In this document: positions 1 to 8,756 of the stretch, piece by piece
Numbering within the stretch: the first letter of the stretch is position 1
Layout: each line of letters begins with the position of its first letter
NCBI GenBank assembly: GCA_035563755.1
Contig: DATMUT010000043.1
Span: 1 to 39,088, forward strand
Length of the DNA: 39,088 nt
Source: Novosphingobium sp.
Lineage (GTDB): Bacteria; Pseudomonadota; Alphaproteobacteria; Sphingomonadales; Sphingomonadaceae
Direction of reading: 5' to 3'
Notes under the pieces: generated by a model
The model's database searches: none
The model's input: only the letters and a program-made list of their open reading frames with translations
Told to the model about the DNA's origin: nothing
Position numbers and translations under genes: made by a program

Positions 1-1
1 G

Positions 2-2017
2 GTGGCGCCGGCCTTTGTGGGCGGGCCGGGCAGCGTGTGGGCGTGGCCTGCCGCCCTGCCCGACAGCCACTGGCGCGAGATCGCCATTGCCGCCAGCCTT
101 GTGGCCAATACGCTTGCCTTTGTGGTGGTGTCGTGGCGCACCACGCCGCGTCTGATCGACACCATTCAGGCCGAAGCCTTTGTGGTGAGCGCCAGCCCGC
201 CAGCCCGCCTGCTGCCCGATCTCGATACGACCGTGGCCGACCTGCGCCGGTTGCTGGTCACCTTTCTGGGGGCTGCCGAAGCGGGGCGGGCGCTGGCCGA
301 CATGCGCCTGGCCACTGCCACTGCCGGCGATGGCGACGAGACGGCGCGCGTCTCGCCTCACCTTGTGCGCCGCGCCGAAAAGCTGCTGGCCGGCGTTATC
401 GGGGCCTCCTCGGCGCGTAATGTGATCGCGCTGGCGCTGGCGGGCGGGCGCCATGCCCCGGCCGAAATCACCCACCTGCTCGACGAGGCGGGCCATGCGG
501 TCCACTTCAGCCGCGACTTGCTGCAAACCACCCTCGAGAGCCTGCCGCAGGGGGTGTGCGTGCTCGACCGCCACGGCGCCATGCGGGCGTGGAACGACAC
601 ATGGACGGCGTTTCTGGGGCTGGCGCCCGATGCGGTGCATGTGGGCAAGGGCTTTGCCGAAACGCTGGCCCTGCCGCCTGCCTGGCCCGATGGCTGGCGC
701 ACGGCCACGGGTTTTGATGTCGAGCTGGACTGGGCGGCGGGTCAGGTGCTGCTGTTGCGCGGGCGGCCGCTGGTCTCGGGCGATTTCCTGATGACGATGG
801 CCAACATTACCGAGATCAAGCATGCCCAGCAGGTGCTGGCGCAGAACCAGGAGGTGCTCGAGGCGCGGGTGGCGCAGCGCACCGCCGAGCTGACCCGCGC
901 CAATGCCGATCTGGATGCCGCGCGCCATCAGGCAGAGCTGGCCACCAATGCCCAGCAGCGCTTTGTTGCCGCAGCCAGCCATGATCTGGTGCAGCCGCTG
1001 CATGCAGCCCGGCTGTTCATCGGCAATGCGCGCCTCGCCCCGGCCGATGCCACGCAGGCCGAATTGCTGCGCAAGGCCGACGAGGCGGTCGAAGGCGCCA
1101 ACCGCTTGCTGGGCGCCTTGCTCAAGCTCTCGCAGATCGAGGTGGGCGGCGCGGCGCCCCATCTGGGCCCGGTCGATGCCGGCGCGCTGTTTGCCGCCCT
1201 TGCCGGCGAGTTCGAGCCGATGGCGCGCGGGCGCGGGCTGTCGCTGGTGGTGGTGCCAACGCAGGTGTGGCTGCACAGCGAACGCGACCTGCTGCGCTCG
1301 CTGTTGCAGAACCTGATCGTGAATGCGCTGCGCTACACGCCGTGCGGGCGGGTCGTGCTGTGCGCCCGGCGCGAGGGTGATGCCATGCGGATCGAGGTGC
1401 GTGACAGCGGCGTTGGCATTGATGCGGCGCGTTTGCCGCAGGCCTTTGGCGCCTTCACGCGCCTGGCCGGGGGCGAGGTGCTGGCCGAGGGGGCCGGGCT
1501 TGGTCTGGCCATTGTCGCGCGCATTGCCCAGGCGCTGGGGCACCGCCTCTCGGTCCGCTCGCGCGAGGGGGCGGGCAGTACATTTGCTATAACCGTGCCG
1601 CTGGCGCGCGCGGTGGCGCGGAGGCCCGCGCCTGCCTTTGCGCCGGTCGATCTGGCGGGCCTGCGGGTGCTGTGCGTCGAGGATGACGAGGATGTGCGCA
1701 TCGCCACGAGCGCGCTGATCGGGCGCTGGGGCGGCGTGGTCACCGCTTGCGCGGGGGCCGGCGCGGTGCCGCCCGACGGGCAGTGGGATGTGGCGCTGGC
1801 CGATTACAGCCTGGGCGATGGCGACGGGCTGAGCCTGCTGCGCGCTCTGGGCGGGCGCTGCGCCACGCGCGTGCTCATTACCGCCACGCCGGCCCGCTCC
1901 TGGCCCGAAAGCCTGCCGTCGGAAGGCATCGCCCTGCTGGTCAAGCCCATCGCGCCACTGGCGCTGCAGGCGCTGCTTGGCGCGGCCCGGCCTAGGCGCC
2001 AGGCCGGGCAAGGGTGA
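2..2017 (+). CDS. Hybrid sensor histidine kinase, CrbS/MxtR-like (last TM helix, STAC-like helical domain, PAS, HisKA, HATPase, REC); 5' partial
   Basis: H-box FVAAASHDLVQPL, N-box LLQNLIVNALRYT, G boxes DSGVGID and GAGLGLAIV, C-terminal receiver VLCVEDD...ALADY...VKP. The segment TTVADLRRLLVTFLG...RAEKLLAGVIGASSAR resembles the STAC domain of SLC5-fused kinases. The frame is open from the window edge. Confidence 0.85.
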   Translation: MAPAFVGGPGSVWAWPAALPDSHWREIAIAASLVANTLAFVVVSWRTTPRLIDTIQAEAFVVSASPPARLLPDLDTTVADLRRLLVTFLGAAEAGRALADMRLATATAGDGDETARVSPHLVRRAEKLLAGVIGASSARNVIALALAGGRHAPAEITHLLDEAGHAVHFSRDLLQTTLESLPQGVCVLDRHGAMRAWNDTWTAFLGLAPDAVHVGKGFAETLALPPAWPDGWRTATGFDVELDWAAGQVLLLRGRPLVSGDFLMTMANITEIKHAQQVLAQNQEVLEARVAQRTAELTRANADLDAARHQAELATNAQQRFVAAASHDLVQPLHAARLFIGNARLAPADATQAELLRKADEAVEGANRLLGALLKLSQIEVGGAAPHLGPVDAGALFAALAGEFEPMARGRGLSLVVVPTQVWLHSERDLLRSLLQNLIVNALRYTPCGRVVLCARREGDAMRIEVRDSGVGIDAARLPQAFGAFTRLAGGEVLAEGAGLGLAIVARIAQALGHRLSVRSREGAGSTFAITVPLARAVARRPAPAFAPVDLAGLRVLCVEDDEDVRIATSALIGRWGGVVTACAGAGAVPPDGQWDVALADYSLGDGDGLSLLRALGGRCATRVLITATPARSWPESLPSEGIALLVKPIAPLALQALLGAARPRRQAGQG

Positions 2018-2594
2018 GCAGCTGGGCGCGCGTTTGCACCCCCAGCTTGCGGAAAATGCCGGTCAGGTGATATTTCACCGTCGCCTCGCTGATCCCCATT
2101 TCCCAGGCGATCTGCTTGTTCATCAGCCCGCGGTGGATCGCCTCGAGAATGCGCGTCTGGGCAGGCGTGAGCGGGTCGGGGGTGTCTGGCGCAGGGGTGT
2201 CGGGCACAAAGGCCTCGCCGGCAAACAGCGTCTCGATCGCGGCGGTCAGCTCGTCAACTCCGGCCGCCTTCGAGATGAAACCGCTGGCCCCGCAGGCCAT
2301 CGCCCCCTGCACGGTAAGCGCGTCATCGGTGGCCGAAACAATGGCGATGGCAGCATTTGGCGCCTGCGCCTTGAGCGCCAGCAGCCCCGACAGGCCCTGC
2401 GCATCGGGCAGGCGCAGGTCGAGAAAGACAAAGGCCTCTGCCTGCCCCAAAGCCGCCCGCGCCTCGCCCAGCGAGACATATTCCTCGATCTGCGCATCGG
2501 GCCGGGCGTGGCGCACCGTTGCCGCCAGCGCCTGACGGAACAGCGGGTGATCGTCGATCAGCAATACGCGCGGGGCCAGCCCGGTGCGGTCCAT
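1992..2594 (-). CDS. NarL/LuxR-family response regulator (CrbR/ErdR-like)
   Basis: REC VLLIDDHPLFR...FLDLRLPD...GFISK plus LuxR HTH LTPAQTRIL...GLMNKQIAWEMGISEATVKYHL. Convergent with the kinase, 3' ends overlap. Confidence 0.9.
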   Translation of the reverse strand: MDRTGLAPRVLLIDDHPLFRQALAATVRHARPDAQIEEYVSLGEARAALGQAEAFVFLDLRLPDAQGLSGLLALKAQAPNAAIAIVSATDDALTVQGAMACGASGFISKAAGVDELTAAIETLFAGEAFVPDTPAPDTPDPLTPAQTRILEAIHRGLMNKQIAWEMGISEATVKYHLTGIFRKLGVQTRAQLLTLARPGA

Positions 2595-2628
2595 GATGGG
2601 CCTTCTCCATATGCCGGGCCACAGCGGC

Positions 2629-2642
2629 TCGACGAACGTCTA
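2629..2642. promoter_or_regulatory. Imperfect inverted repeat TCGAC-GAAC-GTCTA (GAC-N4-GTC core), candidate response-regulator site
   Basis: Lies in the divergent intergenic region between the regulator and the MFS gene. The function is inferred. Confidence 0.35.
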
Positions 2643-2822
2643 GGCGCAATCCGCCCGCCCTCAGGGTAATGCGCAGGAACCGCCCGGACAAGGCAAGGCG
2701 TGACAGGGAGAGACAGGCAGGCGCAAGGTCTGCGCCCGCCAAGGCGGTGTGTTCTCTGCTGCCCGCTATTGCCCGCCCCACCGCGCGGCAAACGAACAAA
2801 AGCGGCCAGAGAGAGGTATCCG

Positions 2823-4130
2823 ATGGAAGATCCACGCGCCATCATCGCGCGCGAACCCATGCATTTTCGCCAAAAGGTGACGATCGGCATCGCCACGGCG
2901 CTCAATGCCCTCGACGGGTTCGACGTGCTCTCGATCAGTTTTGCCTCGCCCGGCATCTCCAAGGACTGGAACGTCACCAAGCAGGCGCTTGGCGTGGTGC
3001 TCTCGATGGAGCTGATCGGCATGGGCATCGGCGCTTTCCTGCTGGGCCTGCTGTGCGACCGCATCGGCCGCCGCCCCACAACGCTGGGCTGCCTGGTGGT
3101 CATGGCCACGGGCATGGCGCTGGCGGCCAATGCCCATGATGTGCAAATGCTCTCGCTGTTCCGCCTGTATACCGGGCTTGGCATTGGCGGCATGCTGGCG
3201 GCAACCAACGCCATCGCTGCCGAATGCTCGAACGCGCAAAAACGCAATCTGTCGGTGGCGATCATGGTCGGCGGCTATCCCATGGGCGCGGTGGTGGGCG
3301 GTTTCCTCGCCTCGGCGCTGCTGGGGGCCACGGGGCATTGGCAGTCGGTCTTTACCTTTGGCGCGGGGCTTACGGTGCTGTTCCTGCCGCTGGTGTGGTT
3401 CCTGGTGCCCGAAACCATCGCGTTTCTGGTGCAGAAGCAGCCCGAGGGCGCGCTGGCCAAGATCAACCGCACGATGGTGCGCCAGGGCCGCGCGCCGCTG
3501 GCCGCCCTGCCCCCGCGCCCGGCCCCGGCCAAGGGCGTTGCGCTTTCGCGCCTGTTCGCGCCGGGCCTGGCGCTGGTCAGCGTGACGCTGGTGGTGGCCT
3601 ACGGCCTGCACATGATGACCTTCTACTTCCTGATGAAGTGGATCCCCAAGATCGTCGTCGACATGGGCTTTGCCGCGCCGCTGGCTGGCGGCGTGCTGGT
3701 GTGGGCCAATGTGGGCGGCGCGCTGGGCACGATCACCATGAGCCTGCTCACGCAGCGCTTCGGGGTGCGCGGCCTGCTCATCTGCCAGATGATTGGCGGG
3801 GCGGTGGCCGTGGCCTGCTTTGGCTCGGGCGTCCACACCATCGCTGCGCTTTCGCTCATCGCCTGTTTTGGCGGTTTCTTCACCACCGCGGCCACGGCCG
3901 GGCTTTATGCCGTCATGGCGCAAAGCTATCCTGCCGAACTGCGCGGCGGGGGCACCGGGCTGGTGATCGGCATTGGCCGCATTGGCGCGGCGCTGGGTCC
4001 GATTGTGGCGGGCGCGCTGTTCCAGGCGCATATTCCGCTGCAGATGGTGGCCGTAATCATGGCCTGCGGCACGCTGACCGGGGCGGTAGCCATTGCGCTG
4101 CTGCGCTATCGCGAAACCGAAATCGCCTGA
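2823..4130 (+). CDS. MFS transporter, aromatic acid:H+ symporter-like (PcaK/BenK/VanK type)
   Basis: LNALDGFDVLSISF in TM1, motif A GLLCDRIGRR, RLYTGLGIGG, YPAELRGGGTG. RBS gagagg before ATG 2823. Confidence 0.8.
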   Translation: MEDPRAIIAREPMHFRQKVTIGIATALNALDGFDVLSISFASPGISKDWNVTKQALGVVLSMELIGMGIGAFLLGLLCDRIGRRPTTLGCLVVMATGMALAANAHDVQMLSLFRLYTGLGIGGMLAATNAIAAECSNAQKRNLSVAIMVGGYPMGAVVGGFLASALLGATGHWQSVFTFGAGLTVLFLPLVWFLVPETIAFLVQKQPEGALAKINRTMVRQGRAPLAALPPRPAPAKGVALSRLFAPGLALVSVTLVVAYGLHMMTFYFLMKWIPKIVVDMGFAAPLAGGVLVWANVGGALGTITMSLLTQRFGVRGLLICQMIGGAVAVACFGSGVHTIAALSLIACFGGFFTTAATAGLYAVMAQSYPAELRGGGTGLVIGIGRIGAALGPIVAGALFQAHIPLQMVAVIMACGTLTGAVAIALLRYRETEIA

Positions 4131-4136
4131 GCTCTT

Positions 4137-4164
4137 GCAAGGGGCGCCCAGACAAGCCCCTTGC
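4137..4164 (+). other. Intergenic hairpin GCAAGGGGC-N10-GCCCCTTGC
   Basis: 9-bp perfect stem just after the MFS stop codon, with only a weak U-tract. Possible attenuator or mRNA-stability element. Confidence 0.4.
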
Positions 4165-4206
4165 CCTGTTTCTCGAATAACGGAAAAAAGCCCCATGGGA
4201 GGATCC

Positions 4207-5724
4207 TTGAAAACCACGAGCCCGATCGCGCTGATCGCCGCGCTGCTGGCCAGCCAGACCGCCTTTGCCGCGACCCCCGACCAGCCGGCGGCAACGCCCG
4301 CCGCGCAGGGCCAGGCCCCGCTGCCCGGCGCTGCTGCCCCCGACCAGCCCATCGGCCAGTCCAGCCCCAAGCCGGCAGCCGGCACCGCCGAGTCGCTGCC
4401 CGGCGGCCGCCTTGGCCCGGCCGGCCTGTTCCAGACCCAGCGCTGGACCGAGAACTGGACCAAGGCGCCGCCGGCCAACGCGCCGCTGCTCGACCGGATC
4501 AAGCACATCCCGCTCACCGCCGACCCTTCGGTCTATCTGACGCTGGGCGGCAGCGAGCGCGTCTATTTCACCGACTGGTCGCACACCGTGGCCGGCCGCA
4601 CCGCCAACGACCAGAACCGCCCGGTGCAGTCGCGCGCGCGCCTGTATGCCGACCTGCACGCCACCGACTATGTCCGCGCCTATGTCGAGCTGGGCGATAA
4701 CCGCGAATGGGGCAACACGGCCGTGACCGGCCCCAACCAGGACCAGTTCGACATCTATCAGGCCTTTGTCGATGTGACCGTGCCGCTGGGCAAGGCGGGC
4801 CACATCACCGTGCGCCCCGGCCGCTACGAAATGCCCGTCGGCAACGGCAAGCTGCTGGGCGTGCGCGAGGGGCTGAACATGCGCTACACCTATCAGGGTG
4901 TGCGGGCCAGCTACCTGCTGCCGGGCCATCTCTCGATCGATGTGTTCGACGTGCGCCCGGTCAACATCAAGCCCGGCACCTTTGACGACGGCCCGAACCA
5001 CCAGCAATTGCTGCGCGGCATTTACGTCAGCTCGCCCCACGTGCTGGCCGGCTTTGGCACCGATGCCTATTTCTACGAGTTCGACAAGCAGAAGACGACC
5101 ACTTACGAGCAGGTCGGCGTCGATCATCGCCAGAACTGGGGCCTGCGCCTGTGGAAGAAGGCGAAGAGCTTCGATTTCGACCTCGAGGGCAATCTGCAGC
5201 GCGGGCATCTGGCAGGGCAGGCCATCCGCGCCTATGCGATCCTGTTTGAAACCGGCTACACCTTTGCCGACAAGCCGCTGGCGCCGCGGATCGGGCTGCG
5301 CGCCAACCTGTTCAGCGGCGATGCCAATGCCTCGGACAACAAGGCCTCGACCTTTGTCGCGGCCAATCCGCGCCTGCCGCTCATCTCGGAGGCGGCCTTC
5401 TTCGGCCTGTCCAACCTCATGGACCTGTACCCCAGCGTGACGGTCAAGCCGGCCCGGAACCTGGCCATCTCGGCCGGGCCCGACTTCCTGTGGCGCCAGC
5501 ATAGCGCGGATGGCATCTATGTGGGGCCTGCGGGCGCCTCGTTTGCGGCCTATAACGGCAGCCGCGCCATCGGCACCGATCTCAACCTCGAGGCTAATTG
5601 GCAGGCCTCGCGGCGGGTGTCGTTCCGCCTGTACGAGACCTATCTGCTGGCCAGCGACAGCGCGCAGGCGCACGGCATGAAGAACAGCAATTATTTCGGC
5701 CTGATGAGCGAATTCAAGTTCTGA
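4207..5724 (+). CDS. Alginate export (AlgE-like) family outer-membrane beta-barrel
   Basis: Signal peptide, DRIKHIPL...LTLGGSER, GRYEMPVGNGKLLGVREGLN, C-terminal EFKF. TTG start after ggagg; alternative ATG at 4195. Confidence 0.75.
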   Translation: MKTTSPIALIAALLASQTAFAATPDQPAATPAAQGQAPLPGAAAPDQPIGQSSPKPAAGTAESLPGGRLGPAGLFQTQRWTENWTKAPPANAPLLDRIKHIPLTADPSVYLTLGGSERVYFTDWSHTVAGRTANDQNRPVQSRARLYADLHATDYVRAYVELGDNREWGNTAVTGPNQDQFDIYQAFVDVTVPLGKAGHITVRPGRYEMPVGNGKLLGVREGLNMRYTYQGVRASYLLPGHLSIDVFDVRPVNIKPGTFDDGPNHQQLLRGIYVSSPHVLAGFGTDAYFYEFDKQKTTTYEQVGVDHRQNWGLRLWKKAKSFDFDLEGNLQRGHLAGQAIRAYAILFETGYTFADKPLAPRIGLRANLFSGDANASDNKASTFVAANPRLPLISEAAFFGLSNLMDLYPSVTVKPARNLAISAGPDFLWRQHSADGIYVGPAGASFAAYNGSRAIGTDLNLEANWQASRRVSFRLYETYLLASDSAQAHGMKNSNYFGLMSEFKF

Positions 5725-5800
5725 TCATCGCTGGCCTCTGGCCCGACGGGTCTGGCGCGCAACCGATGCCCCGGGGCAGCGGCCGCGCGCCAGGCGCCTG

Positions 5801-6202
5801 TCAGTTGCCGTCGGTAAAGGTGTAGCTGCACACCTTGTTGCCCGCCGGGTCGCGCAGATAGGCCGCATAGGCGCCGGGCAGATGGCCGCGCGGGCCGGCC
5901 GCGCCCTCGTCGGTGCCGCCATTGGCCAGGCCGGCGGCATAAAACGCGTCGACCTCGGCGGTGGTGGCGGCGGCAAAGCCCACCGTCACGCCGTTGCTCG
6001 AAGGGGCCTCGCCATTGCCGGGCCTGGCAATGATGAAGGCCGGCTTGTCGCGGCCATACAGCACCCAGCCATTGCCAAACGGCCCCATGTTCTTGATGCC
6101 CAGCGCGCCCAGCGCCGCATCATAGAACTGCGCCGAAGCGGCCACGTCGGCGGCCCCCATGAACACATGCGAGAAAACGCCGTCACCTGAAATCACAGCC
6201 AT
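5801..6202 (-). CDS. VOC/glyoxalase family protein
   Basis: FSHVFMGAADV...FYDAAL...VGFAA...YAAYLRDPAGNK. Directly downstream of frmA. Confidence 0.85.
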   Translation of the reverse strand: MAVISGDGVFSHVFMGAADVAASAQFYDAALGALGIKNMGPFGNGWVLYGRDKPAFIIARPGNGEAPSSNGVTVGFAAATTAEVDAFYAAGLANGGTDEGAAGPRGHLPGAYAAYLRDPAGNKVCSYTFTDGN

Positions 6203-6235
6203 TTTTACCTCTCCTCTTGTGAATTATCGGGGGCC

Positions 6236-7348
6236 TCAGAACACGATGACGGATCGGATGGATTTGCCCTCGTGCATGAGGTCGAAGGCGGTGTTGATCT
6301 CCTCGAGGCCCATGACGTGGGTGATCATCGGGTCGATCTCGATCTTGCCGGTCATGTACATGTCGACGATCTTGGGCACATCGGTGCGGCCCTTGGCCCC
6401 GCCGAACGCCGTGCCGCGCCAGTTGCGCCCCGTGACGAGCTGGAACGGGCGGGTGCTGATTTCCTTGCCCGCCTCGGCCACGCCAATGATGATGCTGGTG
6501 CCCCAGCCGCGGTGGCAGGCTTCCAAAGCGGTGCGCATCACTTCGGTGTTGCCGGTGGCGTCGAAGGTGTAGTCCGCGCCGCCGTCGGTCATCACCACGA
6601 TGGCCGCCACGATCTCCTCACGGCTCATGCCCTTGGTGTTCAGGAAGTCGGTCATGCCGAAACGGCGGCCCCATTCCTCGCGGTCGGGGTTCAGATCAAC
6701 GCCGATGATCTTGTTCGCGCCGGCCAGACGCGCGCCCTGGATCACATTCAGCCCGATGCCGCCCAGGCCGAACACCACCACATTGTCGCCCACCTGCACC
6801 TTGGCGGTGTTGATGACCGCGCCGACGCCCGTGGTCACGCCGCAGCCGATATAGCAGCTCGACTGGAACGGCGCGTCCTCGCGGATTTTGGCCAGCGCGA
6901 TTTCGGGCAGGACGGTGAAGTTCGAGAAGGTCGAGCAGCCCATGTAGTGGAACACGCTCTGGCCCTTGTAGGAAAAGCGCGTGGTGCCATCGGGCATCAG
7001 CCCCTTGCCCTGCGTCGCGCGGATGGCGGTGCACAGGTTGGTTTTGCCCGACAGGCAGCTTTTGCACTGGCGGCATTCGGGCGTGTAGAGCGGGATCACA
7101 TGGTCGCCCGGCTTGACGCTGGTTACGCCTGCGCCCACCTCGCGCACGATGCCGGCGCCCTCGTGGCCCAGAACGCTCGGGAAAATGCCCTCGCTGTCAA
7201 ATCCGTCGAGCGTATAGGCGTCGGTGTGGCACACGCCCGTCGCCATGATCTCGACCAATACCTCGCCCGCCTTCGGGCCTTCAAGGTCAAGCTCCACTAT
7301 CTCGAGGGGCTTTTTCGCTTCGAATGCAACGGCGGCGCGGGTCTTCAT
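6236..7348 (-). CDS. frmA: S-(hydroxymethyl)glutathione dehydrogenase / class III alcohol dehydrogenase
   Basis: GVCHTD, LGHEGAG, structural Zn motif [38 protein letters not shown]. Confidence 0.95.
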   Translation of the reverse strand: MKTRAAVAFEAKKPLEIVELDLEGPKAGEVLVEIMATGVCHTDAYTLDGFDSEGIFPSVLGHEGAGIVREVGAGVTSVKPGDHVIPLYTPECRQCKSCLSGKTNLCTAIRATQGKGLMPDGTTRFSYKGQSVFHYMGCSTFSNFTVLPEIALAKIREDAPFQSSCYIGCGVTTGVGAVINTAKVQVGDNVVVFGLGGIGLNVIQGARLAGANKIIGVDLNPDREEWGRRFGMTDFLNTKGMSREEIVAAIVVMTDGGADYTFDATGNTEVMRTALEACHRGWGTSIIIGVAEAGKEISTRPFQLVTGRNWRGTAFGGAKGRTDVPKIVDMYMTGKIEIDPMITHVMGLEEINTAFDLMHEGKSIRSVIVF

Positions 7349-7697
7349 GTCGATGATTTTCCTTTCAGCGAAAACCTAGCATTGTGCCGCGAGGGTGTTA
7401 ATCGGGGCGTTATGCAACAGATTGCGCCATTTGAGGGTATAATGGCAGCCACCCGCCCATCCGCGCCCCTGGCACGTCATGCCGATTGTTCGAGGCTTCT
7501 CTCCACCGGGAACCGTGTCGCGCCCTGGTCGGGGCGCGCCGTTCCCTGTGGCAAGGTATAGGCCGGGCAACCAGGCCCGACAAGCCGGGGCCAAAACGGC
7601 AAGATTGCCGTGGAAACAACCATTTCCGACTGGAAATGGCGACCGTCCGGTATAATAGTCGAAAAAGGAATTCATTGTTTCAACTGTGGGGCAATTG

Positions 7698-8603
7698 ATG
7701 AGCGGCTGGGACGGGATCGATGAATTTGTCGCGGTGGCCACCACCGGCTCGTTTGCAGGCGCTGCCACCGCCATGGACCTGTCGCGCACCCACATGAGCC
7801 GCACCATCGCCGCGCTCGAGGACAGGCTGCAGGTGCGCCTGTTCAACCGCACCACGCGCAAGGTCAAGCTGACCGCCGCGGGCGAGGTGTTTTACGAGCA
7901 ATGTCAGCGCCTTGTGATGGACCGCGACGAGGCGATCGGCATCGTGAGCGAGCGCGGAGACCCGCAGGGCGAGTTCTCGATCACCTGTTCAACCGCGCTG
8001 GGCGAGCGGTTTATTGCCCCCCTGGCGCGCGTTTTCAGCCGCCGTTTTCCCAAGGTGCGCCTGCATCTCGACCTGTCGAACAGGGTCATGGATCTGGTCG
8101 CCGAGGGGTATGATCTGGCCATTCGCACGGGCCATTTGCCCACCTCCTCGCTCATCGCCACGCGCATTGCCGAACGGCGGCTGCACACCTGCGCGGCGCC
8201 CGAATATCTGGCCCGCGCCGGCACGCCCGACACGCTCGAGGCGCTTGATCGGCACGACTGTCTGGTGGGCACTTCGACGCTCTGGCACTTCACCCACGGC
8301 CCGCGCGAGGCCCCCGGCGAGCCCCCGCGCGAGGTGCTTTACAAGCCCACCAGCCGCTGGCGCTGCAACAATGGGCAGGTGGTTCTCGAGGCCGCGCTCG
8401 ATGGCATGGGCCTGTGCCAACTACCTGATTTCTATGTGAATGAGGCGCTGCGCTCGGGCCGCCTTGTGGCCGTTCTCGAGGCGCAGGCCTCGCCGGTCGA
8501 ACCCATCTGGGCGGTCTATCCCAGCCGCCGCCACCTCAGCCCCAAGGTCGCCCAGTTCGTTCGCCTGCTCAAAGCCGAACTGCCCGCCCTGCTGGCCCGC
8601 TAG
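7698..8603 (+). CDS. LysR-family transcriptional regulator divergent from frmA
   Basis: FVAVATTGSFAGAA...MSRTIAALEDRLQVRLFNRTTR HTH and a CrgA-like substrate-binding domain. Confidence 0.92.
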   Translation: MSGWDGIDEFVAVATTGSFAGAATAMDLSRTHMSRTIAALEDRLQVRLFNRTTRKVKLTAAGEVFYEQCQRLVMDRDEAIGIVSERGDPQGEFSITCSTALGERFIAPLARVFSRRFPKVRLHLDLSNRVMDLVAEGYDLAIRTGHLPTSSLIATRIAERRLHTCAAPEYLARAGTPDTLEALDRHDCLVGTSTLWHFTHGPREAPGEPPREVLYKPTSRWRCNNGQVVLEAALDGMGLCQLPDFYVNEALRSGRLVAVLEAQASPVEPIWAVYPSRRHLSPKVAQFVRLLKAELPALLAR

Positions 8604-8660
8604 GGCCACACCACCGCGCCCCACGCGGGCCTGCACCTGCGCCCCCCGACGCGGCGCCGA

Positions 8661-8714
8661 TCCTGAGAGGCTGCTCAGGAGGCCATTGCGCCAAGCATGG
8701 AGTATGCTTATAGA
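8661..8714 (+). promoter_or_regulatory. Putative xoxF promoter TTGCGC-N17-TATAGA with two inverted repeats
   Basis: -35 at 8686-8691 and -10 at 8709-8714. TCCTGAG-N6-CTCAGGA at 8661-8680 and AAGCAT-N5-ATGCTT at 8693-8709. Confidence 0.5.
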
Positions 8715-8756
8715 AATACAGACTCATAACGTTAAAAATAATAACGGAGAGGAACA

